NCBI GenBank assembly: GCA_965203905.1
Contig: CBDBDQ010000005.1
Location: 4,096,001 to 4,160,000, forward strand
Length of the DNA: 64,000 nt
Reading direction: 5' to 3'
Source of the DNA: Spirochaetia bacterium
GTDB taxonomy: Bacteria > Spirochaetota > Spirochaetia > SZUA-6 > Bin103
The notes below the pieces were generated by a model, which was not told the origin of the DNA, made no database searches, and worked only from the letters and a program-made list of their open reading frames with translations. The position numbers and the translations under genes were made by a program. The first letter of the stretch is position 1, and each line of letters opens with the position of its first letter. Below, in pieces: positions 20,045 through 29,072 of the stretch.

Positions 20045-20160
20045 CTCGGATGGGCACATGTGTTCTTCTTGGCTGGTCGTCCGATCCTCGGTGGATTCGT
20101 CCTCAAGCCCGCCGTACCAGTGACACGCTCGGAGTCGTCGCCCGCTCGACGCTCCCCGAG
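20045..20160 (-). pseudogene. degenerate fragment of the drmA 5' region
   Basis: 'GGLEDESTEDR' followed by shifted GCCAAGAAG versus drmA 'SGLGDDSTEDRRSAKK' (about 18790-18890). Confidence 0.55.
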
Positions 20161-20167
20161 GGTCCCC

Positions 20168-20551
20168 TCAGGGCGAGACGCTCAGTGGTTCGGATGACCG
20201 TCTGGGGCAACCGCTCACGGTGACCACGAAGACACCCCATTCAGCGACCTTGGTGCCGAGAAGCCGTTTGCGCAGGTCAGCCTTGGCGTAGTTCACCGCT
20301 TCGTAGGGGTAGTCGCGGATATCGAAGTCGTCGCCGTCAAGATCGAGCACCACCGAGAACTCGAAGATCAATCGGTCCTTGCTGCCGTACCGGGTGGTCC
20401 ACTTCGCGTCGTAGGCGGGAGAGTCGGGCGGCAGGCTCGCGACGAACTCCTTCCTAACCCGCTCGGCATCCTGTTTCGCCGCGTCCAGCGCCGCCTGGAA
20501 CTCGGTGACACTGAGCTCATCCTGCCACGCATACACACCCGGCCAGCTCAT
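20168..20551 (-). CDS. uncharacterised 127-aa protein, copy A (orphan, no HEPN partner)
   Basis: Paralog of copies B and C; homology ends near 20195 and the C-terminus differs. Confidence 0.8.
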   Translation of the reverse strand: MSWPGVYAWQDELSVTEFQAALDAAKQDAERVRKEFVASLPPDSPAYDAKWTTRYGSKDRLIFEFSVVLDLDGDDFDIRDYPYEAVNYAKADLRKRLLGTKVAEWGVFVVTVSGCPRRSSEPLSVSP

Positions 20552-20558
20552 GTTCCTC

Positions 20559-20588
20559 AGCCTATCGGAGCATCCTGCCCCGGCTCAA
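20559..20588 (-). promoter_or_regulatory. sigma70-like promoter TTGAGC-18-TAGGCT, 7 nt before ATG of copy A
   Basis: Same -10 and distance to ATG as copies B and C. Confidence 0.45.
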
Positions 20589-21237
20589 GGGCACCGGGTC
20601 ACCGTGGACTCGTGACGGCGTGCACAATGCCGACTGCCGCCGCCGACCGCTTGCGACAGCATTCGCGAGTCGACCGCCCGCCAAATCTTGTCGAACGACG
20701 GCGAACGGCGGCACGCCAACGCCATGTCGAAGCGCGCAGTCGGCGCCGTCTGGTCTGCCGTCGGTCGGTACGGTGTGTTTCGCCGCTGGCTGAGCCACTC
20801 CTTGGCGGCCTCGGATCGACTCCGGGTCGGGCGGTGCAACGAGGTCCGCGCGAAAAAGGTACGTCCGCCCGCAATGGACTCGACCGAAGCAAGGAACTAC
20901 GCTTCATACTCGCACTTCGCTACGACTGCTTCGATACGCCGATCCGCGCGCCGACCGGGCGCCCGCGAGCAGAGCCGGGCCAAGTCGTGTCGGACAATCT
21001 CCGTTGGCGTCGAGTAGAATCAGTATGCCGCCGCCAGCGCCAACGCGCGAGGGGCGACGCCGACCACCGTTCCCAGCATACTGTCTTTCACGAATCCGTT
21101 CGCTGGACGCGGATTGGTTTCAGGATCACGGGAGCACTCGCCGGCGTGAGTTCCTGCACGATCCGTCGGAGCAAGACCGGTACCGCCTGAACTTCACCGC
21201 TACCTTCGACGATGGCGATGATCGAGACCACAATCAA
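20562..21237 (-). pseudogene. DUF4276-family gene, frameshifted
   Basis: 'IAIVEGSGEVQAVPVLLRRIVQE', 'LILLDANGDCP', 'CEYEA*FL', 'YRPTADQ...RSPSFDKIWR' in different frames. Confidence 0.75.
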
Positions 21238-21289
21238 GCCTTGCTGAACAGGTCGACAGGTTGCGGCCGTGCGAAATTGGGATCCGGGT

Positions 21290-22428
21290 GTAGCTAATCG
21301 ATACGGAGAAGCTCGCCAGCGGTGAACGCGCCGTCCTGCAGTACCGAGCTACATCGTCCATCGGCCCTGTCCTCTAGGCACGGTCGAGGGAGACTACCGG
21401 TAAGAGCGAATCGACGGGAATCGACTCCCGATCCAGGAGATCGGCGCTGTGCGTGGTGACGACAACCTGCGTCCGTTCGCTCGCCTCAAGGAGCGCATCC
21501 ACCAGGACCCCGGCAGCTTCAGGATGAAGTGCGGTCTCGGGTTCCTCGACGCCGAGCAGGCGAGCGGCGCTAGCGGCGCCGGGACTCTGGAACAGCACCA
21601 GGAGGACGCCCAGAACGTGCAGCACGCCATCCGACATGCTATGCGCAAAGAACTCCGCGCGCGTCATCGCGTCCCCGTTGATGGAATTCGAGAGCATGTC
21701 GGTTGCCGAAGACCCGAGAATCCACACCAATTATCTCCGGCGCGAAAGCACTGAGTTAGTCCGTAATGCGGTCGACGCTCGCGGAACCCCGCGACTTCAG
21801 TTTTGCCAGCACGCCGGCGGCGTTGCTGCCGTCCCGTGCCAAGACAGGATCACCTGTCGGCGTATGAAAGCCGCCAAGCGCACGCGCGCCGATGTGGTAG
21901 CATGCCATGCTCTCCAGCGCACGATAGACAGGGCGAAACTCTGACACGTTGGAGACGCGTATCAGATAAAGCGATCCGTCGTCGGGCAGCGGCGGATGTG
22001 CAAGCGAGGTGGCCACACAGCGCCCATGCTCGATACGGAAGAACCGTTCCGCATCGTCACCGGTGGCACGGACCCGGCACTCCTCCCGACGCAGGACGTA
22101 GCCGCCGCCTCGTTTTGCCACGTCAAATGCATACCAGCCAATAACTTCCGTGAGCCGGAAGCCGAGACGGACACCGAAGTGACTCTGTGGCGTCGCTGTC
22201 CGATGGCAGACCTCCACGAAGCCGCCGCGCTCGCTCATTGCGTCGCCGAGATTTAAACCGCAGCGCCTGTGAGGCGAAGCGCACGGCATCGAGGAAGTTG
22301 CTCTTGCCGGAACCATTCGGGCCAACCAGAGTCGTCAATGGAGGCAACTCTACGTTGCACGCCGCGATACTCTTGTAGTTGTGCAACGCGACCCGGGTGA
22401 TCAGTCGACGATCAGCGAATGTGTTCAT
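21290..22428 (-). pseudogene. AAA_21/ABC-type ATPase, frameshifted and internally damaged
   Basis: Walker A GPNGSGKSN, 'DGSN', signature MSDG, Walker B 'GVEEPETALHP', 'TTHS' split over three ORFs. Confidence 0.8.
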
Positions 22429-22439
22429 GTCCGTTACCG

Positions 22440-22895
22440 TCAAACTGTCTCCAGCGGTGTGCCAATCGTGCCAGATTCGCCGTTCAGCATACGGAATAGA
22501 CGGCTTCCCGGGATAATGTGGGCGTAGAACTGTGGCGGATGGAAGGACTGTACTACCCGCCGAATGCCACCTATCGGAACAGGTGCAGGTAGTTTCTTTA
22601 CACACGTTAGAACCAAGGCCGACACGCAACCACGACCGCCTACGTAATCCTCGAAGCATGACCGATCGATACGCATCTGTTCACGAAAACGCTTCCATAT
22701 CTCTGGCGGGCTGCCGTGAATCACAGAACTCACATCCGCTTGAGCGACTATTTTCCCGACCGGAAGCGTGAAGTAGAGCCAGATCGTCGTCCCTGAATCG
22801 ATCCTGACGATCCGGTTTCTCAGTTCTACGGTCTTATCACCGGATAGAACCAGTTCTCCGTATGCCGGTCTGAGCGATATTATTGCTTGTCCCAT
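22440..22895 (-). CDS. ASCH-domain protein
   Basis: 'IISLRPAYGELVLSGDKTVELR', 'LYFTLPVGKIV', 'PPQFY'. Confidence 0.88.
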   Translation of the reverse strand: MGQAIISLRPAYGELVLSGDKTVELRNRIVRIDSGTTIWLYFTLPVGKIVAQADVSSVIHGSPPEIWKRFREQMRIDRSCFEDYVGGRGCVSALVLTCVKKLPAPVPIGGIRRVVQSFHPPQFYAHIIPGSRLFRMLNGESGTIGTPLETV

Positions 22896-25063
22896 CAGAT
22901 ATCGCTTCGGTATCCCTGTTCAACAATCAGACCAAGTGAATGGTGTGATATCCTCTCGGCGGTCACGAGATTGGCGTCGCTGACACATCCCATTTTCTTG
23001 AGTATTTTGAAGTCGATGTATTGCGGAAACGGTAGCATACTATCGAACGTGAAGGCAGTGATCTCGTCACCATCGTTCGTGAGTCGCTGAATCTCATTCT
23101 TCGTCAGCACGCCCTGTCTGCTCAAATTCATCACCGCCTGGGTCGTGGTCAGGGTATCCGAAAACGTCACCCTCGTCAGCGCAACCGCCTGGCTGCGTGG
23201 ACCGCTTACGTAGAAGACTACGAGCGTCCCTCTTGGCAAGAGCGTATGCCTGCGAGCCCTGAGGAAGTAGGTTCGTTCAAGCCGGAAGGCCGCGTCGTGG
23301 TGTGACAGTAGCAATCCCTGGCTCCGAGTCTCGGGAAGAAGCTCGTCCGCGTACACGCCCTTGATCGGAACAATAACCGCTCCTCGATGCGGAGCAAGGA
23401 GTACTCCAGGAGCGATGAAAGTCTCGAAGTCGAACAACGACATAGTCCATGATTCGTTCTCTTTGTCGCGACCCAATACTATGCCGGTATTAATCAGTTC
23501 TTGATGACTTGGCAGATCGGCGGGAAGATGAAGACCTGTCACATCGAGGAAGTCGCGCGCGATACTTTGCCAGTTTTCCGGAGTGACGACTCCCGTAATC
23601 GAAACACGGCTCAGCTCAATGTGGAGGTTGTGATCGTTGTTTCGATCGGGATAAAATCCGCGTCGGAGTGCAGTCTCCCTTGTCCTAATCTGGTTCCGTG
23701 GGATCTTCAAATGGAACCGAAAGAGCCGACACTCATCTCGTCCGGTTGCGGGTGCCGCGAGAATGTGGTCAATCGTACGGTCAGCATCAACATGGTCCTC
23801 ATCAACGATCAAGTGGAGGATCGTGTGTGTGCGATCCCGGAGTGCCCATGACCATAGCCCTGTGCCGGTGATCTGGTCCGACGACCGAACCACGACGCTT
23901 CGACGGTAGGAATACCCGGGTGTTGGGCCAAGCCATGAGGCGAGCTCCGATTCGTCAAGGTGGCCGTGTGAGCGCAGAAACCTACCGATACTATCGCGAT
24001 TATGATCGCAAATTTCCGAAACCTGTATCTCGCGTGTCTCTGCTGTGATGGACACAGGGACATCAATTGGGCTGTCGTCCTTCTGAAAAGAGTCGACAAC
24101 GTCCGTCGGAGATACCACATGAAGCCCGTACACTTCGTGAAGCTCTCGAGAATTCCGTAGGATTCCGGAGTCCCTTGTAATAAACCCGTAAGCCCGATGA
24201 TGAATCGATGATGCTAAGTGAATATGATCCGACTTGTCATTCGTCGTCCACCCCTGTGGGCCAGGAGGGTTTGAGGTCAACAGACTCTGCACCCTCGTAA
24301 CGACCTGTCGAAGGAGATCGTTGTCTACGGTCGGAAGACGCGGAAGGCTCCTGGCAAATGTTAGCACCGGGTCGTTGCGTTGGTCCTGAGACGTCCGTTC
24401 CAACTCTGCGACGAATTCAGGAGTCACCACGAGACGAATCTCGTGGTTCAAGGCGAACGACAGTATTTGAGCGGCCTGGCCTGAGTCACGGTACCTAACA
24501 GCATCGAAAAACACGTTCAGATCGATCACATAGGTAGGCGTCGTCAATAGTGGTCTTGCCGGATCAATCTGAATCGAGTTCTGTGCACCACCAGACGTGC
24601 CGAATAGCGACGGCACCTCCAGGTCGAGTGAATACAGATTGAGCATCGTCCCGGATCTCAAGTCGGGGACCTGTCTGATGACTCTAAACCCTGAGTGCTG
24701 CCAGAATATGTTGGCATTCAGTTTCGGCAGTACGCGAGCGGTTATGTTCAGGTACGATAGCTTTGTCGCGTACAATATCAGTTCTTCGATAATCGTTCGA
24801 GCGACACCAGATGTACGATGATCGGGGTGCACACAGATGTGAAATATCCTCAAATGTGGATGCCTTCCGCCGAACAGCAGATATCCTCGGAACTCTCGTG
24901 AGAACATGTCGATCGCTACCCAGAGATTGCCCTTCATGGCTGCTTCCTGGTATGCGCTTCTCGGAAGAAATCCGAGCTGAGGTCGATGGGCATCCGCGAG
25001 ATTGCGAACCTGGTCGATGTATGACATGACTCGCTCGACGTCTTTGAGAACAGATTCAGCCAC
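22895..25063 (-). CDS. GNAT acetyltransferase-PIN fusion with C-terminal EVE/PUA-like domain
   Basis: GNAT 'ICVHPDHRTSGVA...ANIFWQHSGF'; PIN 'YVIDLNV...DHIHLA...FITRD'; C-terminal 'GTLVVFYVS'; GTG 25063 overlaps drmMI stop (alternative ATG 25027). Confidence 0.75.
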   Translation of the reverse strand: MAESVLKDVERVMSYIDQVRNLADAHRPQLGFLPRSAYQEAAMKGNLWVAIDMFSREFRGYLLFGGRHPHLRIFHICVHPDHRTSGVARTIIEELILYATKLSYLNITARVLPKLNANIFWQHSGFRVIRQVPDLRSGTMLNLYSLDLEVPSLFGTSGGAQNSIQIDPARPLLTTPTYVIDLNVFFDAVRYRDSGQAAQILSFALNHEIRLVVTPEFVAELERTSQDQRNDPVLTFARSLPRLPTVDNDLLRQVVTRVQSLLTSNPPGPQGWTTNDKSDHIHLASSIHHRAYGFITRDSGILRNSRELHEVYGLHVVSPTDVVDSFQKDDSPIDVPVSITAETREIQVSEICDHNRDSIGRFLRSHGHLDESELASWLGPTPGYSYRRSVVVRSSDQITGTGLWSWALRDRTHTILHLIVDEDHVDADRTIDHILAAPATGRDECRLFRFHLKIPRNQIRTRETALRRGFYPDRNNDHNLHIELSRVSITGVVTPENWQSIARDFLDVTGLHLPADLPSHQELINTGIVLGRDKENESWTMSLFDFETFIAPGVLLAPHRGAVIVPIKGVYADELLPETRSQGLLLSHHDAAFRLERTYFLRARRHTLLPRGTLVVFYVSGPRSQAVALTRVTFSDTLTTTQAVMNLSRQGVLTKNEIQRLTNDGDEITAFTFDSMLPFPQYIDFKILKKMGCVSDANLVTAERISHHSLGLIVEQGYRSDI

Positions 25064-28000
25064 TTTGTGCACCAGAGATGGGTGGCGATGTCCCGGCCAT
25101 CGTGGGGGACCTACGTGTCGATCTCCGGTTCGGTAGAGGTTTGGAGGATCGCATGACGGCTCGATGCGACACGGCGGCGTGAGCTTCTGCCGTGGCGCGC
25201 TCGGCGTTGAGGGCGAGCAGGCGGGCGAGGACTTCGTCACGGACAGTATCAGGCCAGCGGTAGCGGTAGGGCTTCTTCTTGCGGCCCCAGGTGGCCTCGT
25301 CGATTTCGTAGTCGAGGAAGAAGTCGCAGTCGGTGGCTATGTCGGTCCAGCCGTATGCGTCGAGGACGGCTCGGTCCATGGCCGCATGGAGTTCCCGCAG
25401 TTTGGCAATCCTCGTGCCTGTATCGTAGAGGTCGTGGAAGCGGTTGTAGGTCTTGGTCATGCCCTCGTCGTGATCGACCATGAGTGCGGCGCGGTAGTCG
25501 TAGTAAGTCTGCCCCGCGGCTTCAAGGTATGCGTCGGTATCCCGTGCTTCCGGGAACGGGAACGTCTCGAAGCAGTCGGATGGTGTGTAGCGGAGGTCAT
25601 CCTTCATCGAGGATCCGAAGAAGCGTGCCCAAATCTCGTGTACGCGGGACTGTAGAGAACAGAATGAGGAGTATGAATCTATTCGAAAAACGTTATGTGG
25701 CATCGCATATACTATACCCACTGGTAGGAAAGTGAACTGCAGGTGACTCCCTACATTTCCATGAAACAACACCCGTTTGAGTCCCTTGATGGCTGAATAT
25801 AACTCGGGCCTAGGACCGAAGAACTGCCACCACTTTGTTCTCGCTATAATATGATTTTTTGTTTCTCGATCCGGTCTTACACGATCTTCGATCATCGCTA
25901 TTAACGTGGGCCATCGACTACGGCATTCAGCCTCGGTTCGCTCGCCGAAGTTGATTACGTAGCGATGGTGCGCGTGAGTCGGGCTTGTGTTCACCTCCTC
26001 GCCACCGATGTAGGGGAAAATGACTTCTCGGTTGCGTGGATCGGATTCGATGAGCCGCTGCATTTCGGCGATTGAGCACGCAACGCCTCTTCGGTCGGTG
26101 TCATCGAAGGTGAAGCCCATACCGAGGACGTAACTTCCGACGAAGCTCTTGCCGGCGTTGGCTGCCAGCCGTGCCGGGTCCGCGTGGCCGCCCTGGTGGA
26201 ACAGAAACGCGGTGATATTGTCTACGCTCGCACCGTCTAGCACCTTGCGCAGGCGAAACGCCCCCTTGCCGATGTGGAGGACACTTACGATGACAGCGGC
26301 TTCGCCGGGCCACTGGACCCGCTTGGTAGCGCGGTAGATCTCGCCTTCATGCTCGCAGATCCAGCGTAGACCGCTGGAGCGGGTGTCGCCCTGGGCGATG
26401 GTGTTGGTGGCGATCAGGCCGAGTGTACCGCCCTCTCGTAGCAGAGTGAATGCGCGCCGGTAGAAGTGCGCCACGAGGTCGGCATTGCCGTGGCTCTCTT
26501 CATGCAGATCTTTGAGCCAGCTCGGATAGCCTCCAACGTTGCCGGCCGCGATGCTGTTCTTACCTGCGAATGGCGGGTTGCCGACGAAGCCGTGGAAGCC
26601 GGGGTTGTCGCGCTCGAAAACCTCGGGGAACTCAATTTCCCAGTGGAAAGGAGCGAACGGCAGTTCCGCGTGGCGGCGCCCCTCCATCTCGACAGCGTGA
26701 CGCCACGACTCCCCGGTGAGGATGGCCTCCTGGTACGCAGAGCGCCGTGACTCGCGCTCCTTTGGCTTGGCGCCCTCAAAGAATGCCGCGAGCACGAGAT
26801 CGCCAAAAAGGCGTACCTCGGAGACCGCATCCTGAGCTTCGCGCCAGAGGTTCTGCAAGCGGCGTTCGTCGACGGTGTCGTCGGCTTCGCGAATCTGGTG
26901 CCGCAGCTCCGATGCCGCTTGCACGGCCTCGCGGACGCCGAAGCCAGCCAGGATCGGCTGCCCTCCCTTCCAGTTCAGCGCCTCGATCTGGCGCCGGGTC
27001 AGGCCGACGAGCGAGTCGCCGTGACGGAACGCATGGTCGACGAAGGTGAGCGGATGGTCGCGCGCCAGCGTGCTCAGCCAGAGAGAGACCTTGGCAAGGT
27101 CGACGGCCATGGGGTTGCGGTCGATGCCGTAGAGGCACTTTTGCGCGATCAAGCGCCGAGCGTAGATCACCTCGTCTTCGTCAGCCGGGATCATGGGCAT
27201 CGCGCCATGCGCGCCCCACGCGTCGATCAGAGCGTCGGCAAGCTGGCGACATGTCTCGACCAGGAATGCCCCAGAGCCCATGGCCGGGTCGCAGATCTTG
27301 AGGTCCAGGATCTGCTCAGGGGTCGGCGTCCGGCCGTCGTCGCCTCGCAGCCGATCGAGGAGGGGTGCGAGGGTATGGCGAACGATCGGCTCGGTGAGTT
27401 CGCGCGGCGTGTAGTGGGAGCCCGAGCGCCGCCGCTCCGCGTTGGGCTGCAGCACCAGTGCGCCGGGCGGGGCGATGTCCGGCGTCGCGTCCCGGTCCAG
27501 CAGCCGGTCCAGCGCCACGTGCAGGTCGTCCACCCTGTCCGCGGCGCGGAGCCCTTTCGCGACCTTGTCCGTTATTGTGCGGTCCGCGCGCTGTTGTAGC
27601 CACCTCGCGCGGCGGGCGTTCGGCTGAGCCAGCAGCGCGTCGAGATCGATCGTGTTCGGCGCTCCCAGCTTCTTGGCCGGCTTGATGGCGACCGAGCGGC
27701 CGGTGGCGGTCTCCAGGCGAAAGCCCATGATGGTCTCGTACACGGAGCCGATCTGCTCTACGTCGAGCGTGCGGTAGGAGATGCGCTCACCGTCGAGAAC
27801 GAGCAGCTTCTCCAGCACGCGGTAGATGACGCCGTCGGAGATGCGTGGCGCCACGACGCGCTCAATCGTCTGCCGGACACCGCCGCCGCGGCGGCCCTCG
27901 AGAAATCGGAAACGGTCCGGGTCGAACAGTGTGCCACGGCGTTCCGGCAGGTTGATGGCGCCCCCGGTGCGATGGGCGCGAGCCCCATCGTGAATGAGGC

Positions 28001-29069
28001 GAAACAGCACGAGAAGCTGCGCCCAGGCGCCGAAGCGCTGGTCCATGGTGTCGGGGTTGAGGGCGGCATCCTCGCGCAAGCGCTGGTAGAGCCCGGTGAG
28101 CGAGTAGTAACGCGCGAAGCTCTCATGTTCCGGCAGCATCCCGCGTTCCTCCGCGTAGAGCAGGAAGACCAGGCGCAGGATGACAGAGAGCAGGCCGCGA
28201 TAGATGTCGTTGCGGTCGCCGTCCTCGGAGAGCGGCTCGCGCAGGAGTTGGCCGCCGGAGGAGTCGTGAGCGCTTTGGAAGCCGCGGAGGAGTTCGTACA
28301 GGGCGTGCAACACCTGCTCGGAGAGGCGCTCGGAAACCTCGTTCTGGTATTTGCGGCTGCTATCGAGCAGGGCGGCGAGCCGTTGTTCGCGCGGTAGCGC
28401 CAGCAGGCGCTGTTCGGACAGCAGCAGGCGCAACGCGGAGCAGAGCGGGCGCCCGGCGGTAGTGATCAGATCCGAGAAGCGGAAGTCCATCCAGCCGGAG
28501 CTCTCCCCGCGGGGAGCGGAGATCAGGCGGAGCGCGACTCCGTTGAACAGCACGCCGGCGGGAACGCCGGTGCCGCGGAGCAGGCGCTCTGCCCGGCCCT
28601 GGGGAGATGTCTCCAGTCCGCCGGCACCGGTGCTCACCTTGTCGAAGCCTTGCCCGGCGTCGAGCACCTGCACCAGCAGTTGCCACGGTGACGTGCCGTT
28701 CTGCGGATCGCGTTCGCGCACCGCAAAGTCCGGGCGGAGCGTCTCACCGTATTCCGGGAGAACGACCGCCAGATCAGCCGGAACGGGGTTTTCTGCCGTG
28801 CCTGCGTAGCCCTTCGACGAAAAGCCCCAGCCTAGGACGGCGTTCGCCAACTCTTGGAAGTCTCGCGCGCACGGCTCGGGATCGTGTCCTGGGAAAACCA
28901 CCCGTTGTTCGACACACCCAGCGAGCAGCGCCTGCCCCTCCGCATCCTGTCGGTTCAGGATCGCTCCCGCCTTGACCAGCGCCGGAGCGGAGACGACCAA
29001 TCCGTTCGGCTGGATGAAACCCAGCCACTCCAGGTGGGAGCGTGTGTTCGATTCTTGTTGCGCGGCCAC
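25056..29069 (-). CDS. drmMI: DISARM class I N6-adenine DNA methyltransferase DrmMI
   Basis: 'GSHYTP', motif I 'DPAMGSGAFL', motif IV 'GNPPF', C-terminal 'LRYTPSDCFETFPFP', 'DRAVLDAYGW'; position between drmD and drmA. Confidence 0.88.
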   Translation of the reverse strand: MAAQQESNTRSHLEWLGFIQPNGLVVSAPALVKAGAILNRQDAEGQALLAGCVEQRVVFPGHDPEPCARDFQELANAVLGWGFSSKGYAGTAENPVPADLAVVLPEYGETLRPDFAVRERDPQNGTSPWQLLVQVLDAGQGFDKVSTGAGGLETSPQGRAERLLRGTGVPAGVLFNGVALRLISAPRGESSGWMDFRFSDLITTAGRPLCSALRLLLSEQRLLALPREQRLAALLDSSRKYQNEVSERLSEQVLHALYELLRGFQSAHDSSGGQLLREPLSEDGDRNDIYRGLLSVILRLVFLLYAEERGMLPEHESFARYYSLTGLYQRLREDAALNPDTMDQRFGAWAQLLVLFRLIHDGARAHRTGGAINLPERRGTLFDPDRFRFLEGRRGGGVRQTIERVVAPRISDGVIYRVLEKLLVLDGERISYRTLDVEQIGSVYETIMGFRLETATGRSVAIKPAKKLGAPNTIDLDALLAQPNARRARWLQQRADRTITDKVAKGLRAADRVDDLHVALDRLLDRDATPDIAPPGALVLQPNAERRRSGSHYTPRELTEPIVRHTLAPLLDRLRGDDGRTPTPEQILDLKICDPAMGSGAFLVETCRQLADALIDAWGAHGAMPMIPADEDEVIYARRLIAQKCLYGIDRNPMAVDLAKVSLWLSTLARDHPLTFVDHAFRHGDSLVGLTRRQIEALNWKGGQPILAGFGVREAVQAASELRHQIREADDTVDERRLQNLWREAQDAVSEVRLFGDLVLAAFFEGAKPKERESRRSAYQEAILTGESWRHAVEMEGRRHAELPFAPFHWEIEFPEVFERDNPGFHGFVGNPPFAGKNSIAAGNVGGYPSWLKDLHEESHGNADLVAHFYRRAFTLLREGGTLGLIATNTIAQGDTRSSGLRWICEHEGEIYRATKRVQWPGEAAVIVSVLHIGKGAFRLRKVLDGASVDNITAFLFHQGGHADPARLAANAGKSFVGSYVLGMGFTFDDTDRRGVACSIAEMQRLIESDPRNREVIFPYIGGEEVNTSPTHAHHRYVINFGERTEAECRSRWPTLIAMIEDRVRPDRETKNHIIARTKWWQFFGPRPELYSAIKGLKRVLFHGNVGSHLQFTFLPVGIVYAMPHNVFRIDSYSSFCSLQSRVHEIWARFFGSSMKDDLRYTPSDCFETFPFPEARDTDAYLEAAGQTYYDYRAALMVDHDEGMTKTYNRFHDLYDTGTRIAKLRELHAAMDRAVLDAYGWTDIATDCDFFLDYEIDEATWGRKKKPYRYRWPDTVRDEVLARLLALNAERATAEAHAAVSHRAVMRSSKPLPNRRSTRRSPTMAGTSPPISGAQSG

Positions 29070-29072
29070 CGT

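Noticed and set aside
12378-20588. Repeated units as a CRISPR array or integron cassette array
   Set aside because: Repeats are coding, irregularly spaced, and I found no attC-like hairpins, integron integrase, cas genes or repeat-spacer periodicity
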